A stretch of 64,000 bases of DNA from Mobula hypostoma (taxonomy: Eukaryota): positions 39,186,001-39,250,000 of the forward strand of contig NC_086097.1 of assembly GCF_963921235.1 (NCBI RefSeq), written 5' to 3'. Under the pieces are notes generated by a model. The model was given only the letters and a program-made list of their open reading frames with translations. It had not been told where the DNA came from and made no database searches. Position numbers and translations under genes: made by a program. Position 1 is the first letter of the stretch, and every line of letters starts with the position of its first letter. Positions 11,633-24,614 of the stretch are shown here, piece after piece.

Positions 11633-12720
11633 TATAGAAATTTGTAAGACTTTGGTGATATACTGAATCTCCTCAAACTCTTAATGTTTAATGTGATTCA
11701 GGGGAGGTGTGATTTTGTTTATTATGTAATTAAATTATAAGTAGAATGTTGGTCTTTGCTTAGTTCTTCAACTGGTTTCCCTTGGGATTGTGACTATATT
11801 TTAAATTACTCCAGATCCAGGATTTCATTTTGTCTTTCTGAATGCCGATTGGTTAGTATGTAGGTCAGTACAATAGATTAAAACTAGCCTGTGATGAAAT
11901 ATTGAAAGATTCGTCTGCAGCTTTGTAGCAAATGTATGCTTGGCTTTAAGTACATCAAAATTTATTAAATGAAATTGCTAAATACCTTTCACAATAATCA
12001 GTACTTTAATTTCAAGTAGTAGGAAAACCATTTTTATTTAATTTACTACTAGAATAAGCCTAGCAGTTTATACTGTTGAACATTAAGTGGGAAAATATTC
12101 TCAGGCACACTCTTCCAGAATTCATTTTGACTTCTTGGGATTAAATAGTTTTGAAAGCTGTTGTTAAAATATATTATTTTGTCTGTGAACAATGCAATTA
12201 GGAAATTGCAAGTAAAGTACATGGTCAATTAATTTAGTTTGTATTGAATATGGTGAAAAATACAGCTTCATCCATTATTTTTGGATTTTCTGACAGTTTG
12301 TTATATTACTGGATTACAGCAACAATTCTACTCTTAATTCTATAATTAGAGTTAGTCATCATGGTACTCTGGATCCCAATAGGACTGTGATATGGAACTA
12401 CATCGTCAGATGGTCATTGCCTTAATTCTGTTTCCCTATGTCGTGGGTCATCTAAACCCTTATTTCTTTGCATCCTAAATTGTTTCTGAAGGGGAGGACA
12501 TCTGCTGGTTTACCAATTAATAGATCTATAGATCTTGAGGGTAGTCAAGTAGGTGATAGTTACTAGATCCTCTTCTGAAGTGGTGTACTGGCTTGTTTGT
12601 TATGAACCTGTAACTGCATTGTCATTATATTCTTCTCACAATATGGGCACTTTTCTGTAAGCTTGATTTTAATTTTAGCATGGGAGATGGAATTTGATTG
12701 TCTTCCCCTGAATGTGAATA

Positions 12721-13532
12721 CAGTGCCTTGTAAAAGTATTCAGTCCCTAACCCTTTGTTCACATCAATGAGTATTACAACCATGATTTTGAACAATTTAA
12801 CTGACAATTTTTATTTGTGCATCACATACTCCTTTTCTCACAGCAGAGCCCTCCAAAAAAAGAGAACATTGTAAAGCATGAAAAATTAATGTTTGCAGTT
12901 CAAAAGTATTCATTCCCCTTTGCTCAGTACGTAATTAAGTCACCTCTCGCAGCTATTACAGCCAGTAGTCTTTTTGGATAAGTCACTATGAGCTTTGTAC
13001 AACATGGTGGAGTAAGATTTGCCCATTCCTCCATGCAAACTGACTGCTATGAAGATCTTAGATGGTTGCTATATACGAATGCTCCGGATGGCTCTTGATG
13101 TGTGTTGGCGACAGCACATGATGAACGTCGAGCTCTATGACGACCTACCGATGCTCACCGCTAAAATCGAGGCGAGAAGACTGAAACTAGCGGGGCACTG
13201 TCTACGCAACCCCGAGCTACCTGCCAGCCTAGTCATCAGATGGGAGCCCAAGCATGGGAGGATGAACCCTGGGCGCCCTCCCAAGACTATGGTCAACATG
13301 CTCCTAGAAGACAGCGGCGCGGCTAATGTAGATGAACTGAACACACTGATGAGGGAGAGGGAGAAGTGGAGAGTCCGTCATTGTGCCCGATGCCGGCCTT
13401 TAGGCCTGAGTCAACGTAGTAGTAGTCCATGCAAAATTGCTCAAGCTGTGCCAGGTTGAGAGCTTGAGGTTGAGCCAGAGATGTTTGATTGGATTAAGGT
13501 CAGGACTGACTGGGCCACTCAAGGGCATCAAT
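12721..13532 (-). mobile_element. Tc1/mariner DNA transposon remnant (3' TIR and transposase C-terminus)
   Basis: TA|CAGTGCCTTGTAAAAGTATTCA TIR; inner direct repeat AAAAGTATTCA near 12902; minus-strand SPDLNPIKHLW motif. Confidence 0.85.
13040..13425 (+). mobile_element. 5'-truncated RTE-like LINE inserted into the Tc1 remnant, with (AGT)n tail and 10-bp TSD
   Basis: tccatgcaaa at 13030-13039 and 13426-13435; peptide RRLKLAGHCLR...GRP. Confidence 0.85.
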
Positions 13533-13534
13533 TT

Positions 13535-13900
13535 CAAGTCAACATCAAGTTCATGATGTGTTGTATGTTGTAGACGACCATGATTGTTCTCAGCAAATTT
13601 TTCTACAGAAGTGGTTTGCCATTGCCTTCTTCTGGGCAGTGATTTTACAAGACTAGTGACCCCAGCCGTTAGCAATACTCTTCAGAGATTGCCTGGCGTC
13701 AGTGGTCGCATAACCAGGACTTACGATATACACGAGCTGCTCATGTGACCACCTGCTACTGCTCCCACGGTGTCTTGTGACCTTGATCGGGGGGCTAAGC
13801 AGGGGGTGCTACACCTTGCCCAAGGGTGACCTGCAGGCTAGTGGAGGGAAGGAGTGCCTTACACCTCCTTTGAGAGAGATGTATCTCCACCCCACCTCCC
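13535..13900 (-). mobile_element. SINE or fragment with an RTE/BovB-related tail
   Basis: Minus-strand GAAGGCAATGGCAAACCACTTC motif, typical of RTE-mobilised SINE tails. Confidence 0.55.
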
Positions 13901-14147
13901 AAGCTTGCTACTTGCTGTGAGAGGATATTAACAATGCTTTCTACGTTTGTATAGGTAGCGACAATGTAGATGCTACTACATGAGTGTCTGGAGAGAGCAC
14001 CATTACCATAAGTTGTTATGATGGGATGATGGGAGGGAATAGCATTATCCAATTGGTAATGAATAATGTTATGACAAATCAAACTAAAAGAAATTGAATT
14101 TTTGTAAGTGCCTTTCAACTATATGATATTCTCTGCTTCAATTTTAG

Positions 14148-14279
14148 GTCTTGCAAACATTCACAAGACGGCTGCACAATACTGGAACACTTTTTCATAA
14201 AGAAGTAGGAAATTTGACGAAATATCAGCTTGTTCTTTCACGTGAACAATTTAGAAAAAATCCTCCAGCAAACATTGCG
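14148..14279 (+). CDS. FANCM: FANCM coding exon (about human exon 5): VLQTFTRRLHNTGTLFHKEVGNLTKYQLVLSREQFRKNPPANIA
   Basis: ttttag acceptor and gtaaat donor; 132 nt, phase 0/0. Peptide resembles human FANCM NLTKYQIILARDQFRKNP. Confidence 0.93.
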
Positions 14280-14689
14280 GTAAATAGCTGCGCTATGAAC
14301 TTTAACATATTTAGTAAATCTAATTTTCCTCTGCCATTTTGAAATTGTATAGGAGCTTTGATATTGTTACATGGATTTTCTTGTCCTTTTATAAATTGAT
14401 AATCTGTATATTTTTCCCATATTATGTTCCGACTTCAATACTTTTCTCACTAATATTAAATAATGTAAGTGTTGTAAATTTGTTCAGTAGATTAGACATT
14501 CTCTAAACATGTTCTGTGTATCGTGTTTCCCAACACTACGGTATTTTTTTGCTAGTTCCTGATTTGCTTAAGTACATTATATGGGAAGTTATGCATTAAT
14601 AACTGTGATTGAAAGTGATGAAGCAAAGAAAGATTTCCATTTTTTCCCCCTACTCCCTTTCACGAACGTAGGGAATCTGAAAGGTCTTT

Positions 14690-14955
14690 GCAGTGAATGT
14701 AATGTTTCTGAACTGTAGCTTATTGTGATGTAAGATGTATGGTAGCCAATTTATGAGCTAAAAACTTTGATAAACATCAATGTTATAGTGACCAAATAAT
14801 TTTCCTTCATTGAAATGAATGGACATTTTATATAGTTCCACAGATCTTTTTCATTCCTCTGATCTGAGATAGCAGAGGCTTGGTTTAGTGTTTACATTTG
14901 AAAGCTTGTGTGTCTACTGCAGCATGTACCTGTGTGGAGTGGCATATTCCTCACT
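14690..14955 (-). mobile_element. Old Deu-domain SINE (SacSINE/AmnSINE-like) remnant
   Basis: Degenerate match to recalled GATCTTTT..CTGAGA..GCAGA..GGTTTA..GAAAG Deu-SINE segment. Confidence 0.4.
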
Positions 14956-14956
14956 G

Positions 14957-15000
14957 AGAGGCAGAGAGGCAGAGAGGCAGAGAGACCGAGAGACCGAGCA
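14957..15000 (+). repeat. (GAGAGGCA)n/(GAGAGACC)n short tandem repeat
   Basis: Directly visible. Confidence 0.85.
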
Positions 15001-15383
15001 AGAGTAGAGTCCTAATTCAGTGAGCATGAGTAGGGTCGAGTGCTACCTCATCTAGGTGTGAATGGGTATTTAAACAGCCAAAGGAAGGAAGAGGCTTTAA
15101 AAACGCCTCCATCTGAGTATGACATTTTTACTGCAAACTGAAATTCCCATAACTACATAATACTAAAGAATTAGTGCCAGGAAACAGAGAAGTCTGTCCC
15201 TCGCCTTGCTGTCCAATAGATTATGCCTTATTTGGGAAGCAGCTTGATTGTTATCACTACCTTTTATGGATGTAAAACTGGAATTATTTCCTAACATCGC
15301 CTCAAACTTTGAGAGATACCACCATTGATTCAAAATCTTTTCCCAGCCTTGAGATGTGGACCTGCTTTAAAAAGAAATGTCAC

Positions 15384-15585
15384 AAACATGAGAAAATCTG
15401 CAGATGCTGGAAATCTAAAGCAACACATACAAAATGCTGGAGGAACTCAGCAGCTCAGACAGCATCTGTGGAAAAGTGTAAACAGTCGACATTTTGGGCT
15501 GACACCCTTCACCAGGACACGGTGAAAGAAGTGATGAAGAATCTCAGCCTGAAACGTTGACTGTTTACTCTTTTCCATAGATGCG
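15384..15585. mobile_element. Inverted pair of PLE pLTR fragments, each with a decayed hammerhead
   Basis: Minus copy about 15384-15518, plus copy about 15531-15585 (gtgatgaagaatctcagcctgaaacgttgactg). Confidence 0.75.
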
Positions 15586-17772
15586 TGCCCCAGGGGCTTT
15601 GTGCTCAGTCCTCTGCTGTTCACTCTGCTGACCCATGACTGTGCTGCAACACACAGCTCGAACCACATCATCAAGTTCGCTGATGACACAACCGTGGTGG
15701 GTCTCTTCAGCAAGAACGATGAGTCAGCATACAGATGAGGTGCAGCAGCTAACAGACTGGTGCAGAGCCAACAACCTGTCTCTGAATGTGAACAAAACAA
15801 AAGAGATGGTTGTTGACTTCAGGAGGGCACGGAAAGACCACTCTTTGCTGAACATCGACGACTCCGTTGAGATCATTAAGAGCACCAAATTTCTTGGTGT
15901 TCACCTGGCGGAGAATCTCACCTGGTCCCTCAGCACCAGCTCCATAGCAAAGAGAGCCCAGCAGCATCTCTACTTTCTGTGAAGTCTGTGGAAAGTCCCT
16001 CTGCCACCCCACCCCCCCATCCTCACCTCATTCTACTGAGGTTGTATTGAGAGCATCCTGAGTAGCTGCATCACTGGCTGGTTCGGAAATTGCACCATCT
16101 TGGATCGCAAGACCCTGCAGCGGATAGTGAGGTCAGCTGAGAAGATCATCGGCGTTTCTCTTCCCGCCATTACACACATTTACACCACATGCTGCATTCA
16201 TAAAGCAAACAGCATTATGAAGGACCCCATGCACCCCTCAAAAAAACTCTTCTCCCTCCTGCCATCTGGCAAAAGGCACCGAAGCATTCGGGCTCTCACG
16301 ACCAGACTATGTAACAGTTTCTTCCCCCCAGTCATCAGACTCTTCAATACCCAGAGCCTGGACTGACGCCAACCTACTGCCCTCTACTGTGCATATTGTC
16401 TTGTTTATTATTTATTGTGATGCCTGCACTGTTTTGTACACTGCTACTCAGATACCTATCAATCTCTGCCTTAAATACACCCAATGACTTGGCCTTCACT
16501 GCTGCCCGTGGCAACAAATTCCATAGATTCACCACCCTCTGGCTAAAAACATTTCTTTGCATTTCTGTTCTGAATGGGCACCCTTCAATCCTTAAGTCAT
16601 GCCCTCTCGTACTAGACTCCCCCATCATGGGAAACAACTTTGCCACATCCACTCTGTCCATGCCTTTCAACATTCGAAATGTTTCTATAAGGTCTCCCCT
16701 CATTCTTCGAAACTCAAAGGAATACAGTCCAAGAGCGGACAAACGTTCCTCATATGTTAACCCTCTCATTCCCGGAATCATTCTAGTGAATCTTCTCTGT
16801 ACCCTCTCCAACGTCAGCACATCCTTTCTTAAATAAGGAGACCAAAACTGCCCACAGTACTCCAAGTGAGGTCTCACCAGCGCCTTATAGAGCCTCAACA
16901 TCACATCCCTGCTCCTATACTCTATTCCTCTAGAAATGAATGCCAACATTGCATTCGCCTTCTTCACTACCGACTCAACCTGGAGGTTAACCTTAAGGGT
17001 ATCCTGTACAAGGACTCCCAAGTCCCGTTGCATCTCAGAACTTTGAATTCTTTCCCCATTTAAATAATAGTCTGCCCGTTTATTACTTCTGCCAAAGTGC
17101 ATAACCATACACTTTCCAACATTGTACTTCATTTGCCACTTCTTTGACCATTCTTCCAATCTATCCAAGTCTCTGCAGACTCTCCGTTTCCTCAGCACTA
17201 CTGGTCCCTCCACCTATCTTCATATCGTCAGCAAACTTAGCCACAAAGCCATCTATTCCATAATCCAAATCGTTGATGTACAACGTAAAAAGAAACGGCC
17301 CCAATACGGACCCCTGTGGAACACCACTGGTAACCGGCAGCCAACCAGAATAGGATCCCTTTATTTCCACTCTCTGTTTCCTGCCAATCAGCCAACGCTC
17401 CATCCACGTATGTAACCTTCCCATAATTCCATGAGCTCTTATCTTGTTAAGTAGCCTCATGTGTGGCACCTTGTCAAAGGCCTTCTGAAAATCCAAATAT
17501 ACAACATCCACTGCATTTCCCTTGTCTAGCCTACTGGTAATTTCCTCAAAAAGTTGTAGTAGGTTTGTCAGGCAAGATTTTCCTTTAAGGAATCCATACT
17601 GAGTTCTGCCTATCTTGTCATATGCCTCCAGGTACTCTGTAACCTCATCCTTGACAATCGACTCCATGTAGCACCATGGTCCTGAAAAACATTGTTTCGT
17701 TTTTACTGTGTACTGTACCAGCAGTTATGGTCGAAATGACAATAAAAAGTGACTTGACTTGACTTAACTTGA
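15586..17772 (+). mobile_element. Rex1/Babar-type LINE 3' part (RT C-terminus) with (GACTT)n tail, interrupted by a CR1 piece
   Basis: PQG..LSPLLF, KFADDTTVVG, KTKEMVVDFRR, KRAQQHLYFL, LLPSGKR, NSFFP; aataaa followed by gacttgactt. Confidence 0.85.
16444..17666 (-). mobile_element. CR1 LINE RT fragment
   Basis: YLDFQKAFDKVPH, SGVPQGSVLGP, KFADD, LVRPHLEYC, RRMRGDLIE. Confidence 0.92.
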
Positions 17773-17774
17773 AG

Positions 17775-18310
17775 TCATTGAAAGCCAACACGCAGATACA
17801 GTAAGTGAATAGGAAGGCAAAATGATTTGTTGACCTTTATCATGAGGAGATTTGAGTATTAGAGTATATATTTTACTGCAGTTATGTAGATTTTTGGTGA
17901 GACTGCACTTTCAAGAAAGATCTACTGGACTGATTTCAGGAATGTTGGGCTTGGTGTATGAGGAGAGAGACTGAATAGACTAGACCTGTATTCTCCGAAG
18001 TTTAGAAGTATAAGAGGAAATCTCATTCAATTCTTACAGCACTCAATGGGCTGAATGCAGGGAAGAAAGTTCTCTTGCCTATAGAACTAGGATGATAATC
18101 ATGGAATAAATTGTAGACTGTTTAGAATGTGGAAGAGGAGAAATTTCTTCTTGCAGAGATGGTGAGTCTTGGAATTCTTCATCCTGAAGCCCTGTAGAGA
18201 TTGTTGGGTTCATTCAAAACAGCGCAATGGATTTCTGGATGTTATGGGGATCTAGGAAAATGTGAACAGTGCCAGAAAATAACATTGAGGTAAAAGATTA
18301 TTCACGATCT
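17775..18310 (+). mobile_element. Old CR1 3' fragment
   Basis: Degenerate GLYS-EFRR-RGDLI and RRNFF-QR segments. Confidence 0.6.
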
Positions 18311-18339
18311 TCTCAAAAAAGGCAAGCCAACTTCTTTTC

Positions 18340-18910
18340 TTTTGTAGAAGGTTAAGGAAGTTCAGCATGTCACCAAACATTCTAATAAGCTTCTACATAT
18401 ATATTGAAAGTATCCTGACTGATTGCATCATGGTCTTCTACAGAAATTTGAATGAAAGAAGCTGCAGAGAGCGTAGTGGACTCAATGCGGTATTGCATGC
18501 GTACACCCCTCCCTACCATTGGTAGTATCGACATGAGGGCTACCTCAAGAAGCAATATCTGTTATCAAAGAACTCCACCATCCAGGCCATACAATCTTTT
18601 CACAGCTACCACTGTGCAAGATGTACAGAAGCCTGAATCTTAACACTACCAGTTCAAGAACAGCTACTTTCCTTCAACTATTTGGTTCTTGAACCAGTCT
18701 GCGCAACCATAATTACTATTCCAGTATATCAACTCTTGACCACTCTGCATTACAATGGAATGTTTGTTTTTTGGGTTCAAATTGTGTTCTTTCTTATAAA
18801 AATTATGTTTAATTTGTTGTTCTTGTGAATGTGGTTTATCTGATGCTGCGTGCTGGGAATACTGCTACAAATAAAATTTTCATTGCACTTGTGCATGCAT
18901 GTACTTGTGC
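18340..18910 (+). mobile_element. Old Rex1/Babar 3' fragment
   Basis: IESILT..I, HPGH, FKNSYFP-like segments. Confidence 0.6.
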
Positions 18911-19472
18911 AAAGGACCAAATGGTCTGTTACTGGTCCTTGGTCTAGAAAAACACAAGAAATGTACGTTACTTAACGAGAGAAACTGATGAAGCAAACAA
19001 GAGAAGAAATATGAATAATTTTTTTGAGAAGGTTGTATGGTGTTCTTAAGTTCAGTTTTATTGTCATCCAACTATTTACATGTATACTGACAAACAAACG
19101 GTGTTCCTCTGGACCAAGGTGTACAACACAGTACATATACTCACAACTCATAGTAAAATTACCACAAATATATTCCAAATAATAAAATGTATTCCATAAG
19201 GTTTTCTATTTAGCATAAGGTGCGCTTACAATACAAGTTAAAAGTAAATTGTGCTTCACACTGTATGTGGTGAGATATGGGTGGTTGCAGGGAGTTCAGT
19301 AGTTTCATAGCCTAGGGGAAGAAGCTTGGCCAATAGGGCAATTTTCCCTGAAAGACTATCAAGAACATAACCATATTTATAGCAGAAATTCAAGGTGAAA
19401 TTTGCTAAAATGAATAAGTAGCATTAACATGTCAGCTTTCTGACCTTCTCATTACATTTTTTTTCTTGTCAG

Positions 19473-19605
19473 GGAGTTCAACGAGGTATGATAGAAGGAG
19501 ATTATGCTATTTGTATTAGTCTTTATCATGGATATGAACTTCTGTTACAAATGGGAATGTGGTCCTTGTATACGTACCTTGAAGGCATCATGGATGGGTC
19601 CAAAG
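19473..19605 (+). CDS. FANCM: FANCM coding exon (about exon 6): GVQRGMIEGDYAICISLYHGYELLLQMGMWSLYTYLEGIMDGSK
   Basis: Polypyrimidine tract plus tcag acceptor, gtaag donor; 133 nt, phase 0/1. Resembles human GIIEGEFAICISLYHGYELLQQMG. Not in the ORF track. Confidence 0.95.
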
Positions 19606-20135
19606 GTAAGACTGTAGTGATGTGAGTTCTGAGTACTGAACCAAGGGACCAAATCTATCTTCAGTTTACTAAGTGAACATGCAGACAATAAACAAAGTGG
19701 ATATCTGTTGCATTTCATATACAGTGAATTAATCTTTCCTAAGCTTGAGTGAAACTTTTAGCTGTAAATTTAGTATGTTTTTTTAATAGAACCTGTGTAG
19801 TTAGAATTAGCTAATTGCATGGAACATTTCTCATTTGAATTCCGGGACAAAATTATTTGTTTCTATTTTCTATTTATGAATCATGTACCAAAGGTACCTA
19901 AGGCAGTACAGTAGAGTTACTTTTGATAAATTAGCATGTTGGTCATGAATTTTTGGTAGGCAGCAAGTAAACCGTCCTCTCCACCATTGTCCAAGTTCTT
20001 AGCGGGAACTTGCAGAGAGAATCTGACTCCTTTATTCCACTGAGGTCCTACACAGTGACAGAACCTTCCACAATGTAATTACATCACATGGGAAGTGTGC
20101 AGGCAAACTCAACTTACAAAATGGTTGAATAAACT

Positions 20136-20900
20136 TTAAACACATGAGATTCTGCAGATGCTGGATACCCAGAGCAGCACACATAGATTGCTGGAGGAAC
20201 TCAGCAAGTCAGGCTGTATCTGCGGAGGGGAGTAAACCGTCAGCATTTTGGGCTGAGACCCTTCATCAGGACTGGAAAGGAAAAGGAAAGAAGCCAAAAT
20301 AAGAGGGGGAGGGGAAAGAGAAAGATTCCAAGTTGGCAGGTGATAGGTAAAACCAGATGAGGTGGGTGGGTGGGTGGGTGGGGGAGGGCTGGATAAAGTG
20401 AGAAGCTGGGAGGTGATAGCTAGAAAAGGCAAAGGGTTGAAGATGGAATATGATGGAAGAGAAAACTGGACCGTAGGAGAAAGGGAAGGAGGAGGGGCAC
20501 CAGGGGGAGGTGAGGAGAAGAGGAGGGGAGCCCGAATGGGGAATAGAAAAACAGAGAAGGAGGAGGGGGAAAGAAACTACTGGAAGTTAGAGAAATTGAG
20601 GTTGGAGGCTACCCAGACAATATGAGGTGTTCCTCCTCCAACCTTGAGAGTATGGCCTTAATGTGGCAGTAGAGGAGGCCATGATAGAATGGGAACGGGA
20701 AGTAGATTTTAAATGGGTGGGCACCAGGGAGACCAAATGTGCTTGACATAGAGTAGATTGGTTCCCCAATCTATATTGCATCTCAGAGATGTACTATGGA
20801 GGGTACTTCACCAGGTACACCTGATAGACGCAGGTGAAGTGTTGCCTCACCTGGAAGAACGGTCTGGGGTCCTGAATGGTGCTGAAGGGGTTGGTATAGC
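20136..20900 (-). mobile_element. Degraded PLE 3' fragment with pLTR and hammerhead
   Basis: Reverse complement AGTCCTGATGAAGGGTCTCAGCCCAAAATGCTGAC; LGSLQP remnant. Confidence 0.82.
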
Positions 20901-20983
20901 ATTTGTCCCATTTATGTGAAACAAATCAATAACCCGAAGCGTTTTTGTATATGAAATAACCAATCAAACTCTACTCTATGCAG

Positions 20984-21094
20984 GAATGACACGTGCATGC
21001 AATGAACTTTGCAAGAATGCTGTTTTTATGGAGATGTATGAGCAGTTGAAAGCCATGTTCTCAAGTAGAAGTAGTCCTGCCAGTTCTCATATGG
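20984..21094 (+). CDS. FANCM: FANCM coding exon (about exon 7): GMTRACNELCKNAVFMEMYEQLKAMFSSRSSPASSHM
   Basis: gcag acceptor, gtaact donor; 111 nt, phase 1/1. Resembles human GMTRSKNELGRNEDFMKLY. Confidence 0.9.
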
Positions 21095-21759
21095 GTAACT
21101 TAGTTTTACTCTATCTTATGATATGTGCATTGAATACTGTAATAATAATGAAATGAAAACATATTTAATATGCAGGGAAAAATTATAACTATGCTTCATT
21201 TCATCACAGAAATGCCTTGGATAATTTATGGGCACCTATATATTTTGATCAAGGTCTGGTTTCAAGGATTTCTTGCTGAATTTCTTTTTGAATTGCATTT
21301 TCCATGATCATGCTGGCAAATGTGGCAAACTCCCAAAAATAGCCAAGTAAATGAATTTTCCTAACAATATTGGCACGGGGATCAGTGCTACCTTGGGCAC
21401 CACGGGGTAGTTTATCAACATTTAATTAAACTTGAAAATTGAGAAAACAGCAATCACTGCAAGTGGTAAACTGAACACATCTGTGGAAAGTGAAATAAAT
21501 AACATTTTTGTGTCTTGGACTACCGCTGTGGAAAAGAAATACTTTTTTTCTCCTACCACAGATGCAGCCTGACCTGTTAGGTTTTCCCAGCATTATCTGC
21601 ACATGCAAATCCAGTTGAAAATTTTCTTCTCTCACCTTAAAAGTTATGCCCTCCAGTATTTGAATCTTGACTATTTTTTCTAGTGCAGAATTCAAACTAT
21701 GGGAAAGAAGGAATGACCTTTTATCATTAATGTTTTTATATTCCATTTTTGATGTTTTT

Positions 21760-22135
21760 GTGATGTCTCAAACAATCTTACAGCTGATTTAATAGTCCTC
21801 CAGGTGTCATCTGTATTGTAATATGAAGACCAAGTTGCTCATTGCAAGTTTTCATTGATAGTATGTACGATGACCAGAATTCCTATATTGTGAGTGAGGT
21901 GTAATTAATGACAGTGGCACAAGGAGTAGCTCTGTTCTCTTTTGGAATAATTCCGCAGGTTCTTTATGCTCATCTGAGAGGGCACATTGATTCTCTTTAA
22001 AGTCTCACCTGAAAGATGGTAAATCCACAGCAGCTTTTCCTCCATACTCCACTGGATTGGTAACCTCAATTTTGACTAAGGTTTCTGGAATGGAACCTGA
22101 GCCCCGACACTCTTAACACTGAATGAGAGCGTTAT
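21760..22135 (-). mobile_element. Deu-domain SINE (SacSINE1/AmnSINE1-like) remnant
   Basis: ctgagagggca...tttaaagtctcacctgaaagatgg...cagc...actccactgg matches the recalled Deu-SINE core. Confidence 0.55.
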
Positions 22136-22650
22136 CACAGTTGAAATATATTGATTGGCAGTTCAGGGGTGATATCAAGCAGCAATTCTTTTCAAAAAAA
22201 AAAAGTTTAATGAATTTCTGGAACTATCAATGCCAAAAAGCCACTGTGGCAAGATTAATGGGTTTTGTTAGACAAATTTACTAAATTTTGAAACCAAAAT
22301 GGGTAAATGGAGTTGGAGGACAGGCTGTCAGTGATCTAAATAAAAGATTGAACCATCTGTAGAGACTGAATGGATTCCTACTGTTTCTGTCTATGGACAT
22401 ATTATGTAAAGGAGCAGGAAATAGTAAGGTGTGTGAACCTGGGTAGATTGGCTGGTGATGAAAAAAGGATTACTTTTTTAAACCCTTATATAATTGTGGT
22501 ACGTTGATCCTCAGTTTCAGCTCTTGAGTTGCAAGTATATGAGGATTAGTTTAGCCAGAAAATATGAAATGTGAACACAAAATGTGGTGATAACCTAAAC
22601 TAAAATATATATTTGCCTTTGTGATCCCAAAATGAAATGAAAAACTTATG

Positions 22651-23825
22651 AGCATCTGCTCTCAGGATGAGGCTTTTCATTCTAGGACGAGGGAGATTTC
22701 TTCCTTTTTTAAAGAAAGGGGCTTCCCTTCCTCCACTATCAACTCTGCTCTTAAATGCATCTCCCCCATTTCACGTACATCTGCTCTCACTCCATCCTCC
22801 CGCCACCCCACTAGGAATAGAGTTCCCCTGGTCCTCACCTACCACCCGACCAGCCTCCGGGTCCAACATATTATTCTCCGTAACTTCCGCCACCTCCAAC
22901 GGGATCCCAACACTAAGCACATCTTTCCCTCCCCCCCCCCGCATTCCGCAGGGATCGCTCCCTACGCAACTCCCTTGTCCATTCGTCCCCCCCATCCCTC
23001 CCCACTAATCTCCCTCCTGGCACTTATCCGTGTAAGCAGAACAAATGCTACACATGCCCTTACACTTCCTCCCTTACCACCATTCAGGACCCCAAACAGT
23101 CCTTCCAGGTGAGGCATCACTTCACCTGTGAGTCGGCTGGGGTGATATACTGCGTCCGGTGCTCCCGATGTGGCCTTTTATATATTGGCGAGACCCGACG
23201 CAGACTGGGAGACCGCTTTGCTGAACATCTACGCTCTGTCCGCCAGAGAAAGCAGGATCTCCCAGTGGCCACACATTTTAATTCCACATCCCATTCCCAT
23301 TCTGACATGTCTATCCACGGCCTCCTCTACTGTAAAGATGAAGCCACACTCAGGTTGGAGGAACAACACCTTATATTCTGTCTGGGTAGCCTCCAACCTG
23401 ATGGCATGTACATCGACTTCTCTAACTTCCACTAATGCCCCACCCCCCCCGTACCCCATCTGTTACTTATTTTTATACACACATTCTTTCTCTCACTCTC
23501 CTTTTTCTCCCTCCGTCCCTCTGAATATACCTCTTGCCCATCCTCTGGGTCCCCCCCCCCCGTCTTTCTTCCCGGACCTCCTGTCCCATGATCCTCTCGT
23601 ATCCCTTTTGCCTATCACCTGTCCAGCTCTTGGCTCCATCCCTCCCCCTCCTGTCTTCTCCTATCATTTTGGATCTCCCCCTCCCCCTCCAACTTTCAAA
23701 TCCCTTACTCACTCTTCCTTCAGTTAGTCCTGACGAAGGGTCTCGGCCTGAAACGTCGACTGCACCTCTTCCTAGAGATGCTGCCTGGCCTGCTGCGTTC
23801 ACCAGCAACTTTTATGTGTGTTGCT
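22651..23825 (+). mobile_element. Young 5'-truncated Penelope-like element (GIY-YIG endonuclease end, pLTR, intact hammerhead)
   Basis: VIYCVRCSRCGLLYIGETRRRLGDRFAEH; near-TSD tgaaaa(a/c)cttatg at 22638-22650 and 23826-23838. Confidence 0.92.
23726..23761 (+). ncRNA. Minimal type I hammerhead ribozyme (PLE pLTR)
   Basis: AGTC-CUGACGA-AGG(gtctcgg)CCT-GAAAC-GUC^GACU: complete core, stems I and II, palindromic ACGU stem III. Confidence 0.85.
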
Positions 23826-24410
23826 TGAAAACCTTATGCACAGATTTAAAAACAGAACTGGCAGATTGCCTGGCCATCTGTTCTATATTTACAGGCTCTT
23901 GTAATGTACACAGTTTTTTTTTGTCTCCCATAAGTACTACTGGTATTTGGCAACCTGCACAGATAATAGTTCCAGGGGCCAGTGCATAATTTACAGTGCT
24001 TCTGTTCACTTTGATACAAAAATAGAAATACAACTTTTAAATTCCGAAAAGGGGTTGCTTTTAGTCTTGTATCAATCAAGCAACAATACATAAATTGGCT
24101 CTTAAGGAATGATTGCAGCATTTTTGTTGGTTCATACTGATCCTAGTGGATTCAATTATTTATTACAACATAACAAAACTGAATTATTTGATTTACCCTT
24201 TCATTTAATGTCTATATAGAAAATAAACTGGTAGACAGCAAGGTATCTCCATTCATAAGGAGCACTGTAATTTTTTTTTGCCTGACATTGTAATTTTGGT
24301 GATTATTAATAATCCTGCTTATTCAATTATATCTTACTGTGAATGGTTTGCACCGTTTGACATGTTTGTCATTCCAATATTCATCAATTTGATAAAATGA
24401 TTTATTTTAG

Positions 24411-24509
24411 GATCGGAAAATAAAAAGCAATTCATCTACAGTCACCCTAAGTTAAAAAAGCTCGAAGAAGTTGTAGTGAACCACTTCCGATCTTGGGCAG
24501 CATCTAGAG
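24411..24509 (+). CDS. FANCM: FANCM coding exon (about exon 8): GSENKKQFIYSHPKLKKLEEVVVNHFRSWAASR
   Basis: ttttag acceptor, gtaatg donor; 99 nt, phase 1/1. Contains the YSHPKLKKLEEVV FANCM signature. Confidence 0.95.
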
Positions 24510-24614
24510 GTAATGTGGATCTGTGCATGGTTGTTGATTGTGAAGTCAAAAAATCCTGTAAATCCCTTTCTCACCCAGGTATAAAATATTATAGTTTTTT
24601 ATTTATGGAGATAC

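Noticed and set aside
3600..14147. Search for the FANCM exon 4 equivalent (AVQQV...IELRSEDS)
   Set aside because: Not found by eye; it presumably lies upstream of the window.
14957..15000. Regularly spaced repeats as a possible CRISPR-like array
   Set aside because: Simple tandem microsatellite without spacers, in a eukaryotic context.
15635..16366. ORFs resembling database 'uncharacterised/ALKBH8-like' proteins
   Set aside because: They are Rex1/Babar RT C-terminal fragments with frameshifts, not host genes.
23473..23808. Recurrent ORFs MLVNAAGQAASLGRG... (also 33880-34269 and 58117-58470) resembling a gene family
   Set aside because: These are antisense readings of the PLE 3' UTR/pLTR purine tract and recur only because the repeat recurs.
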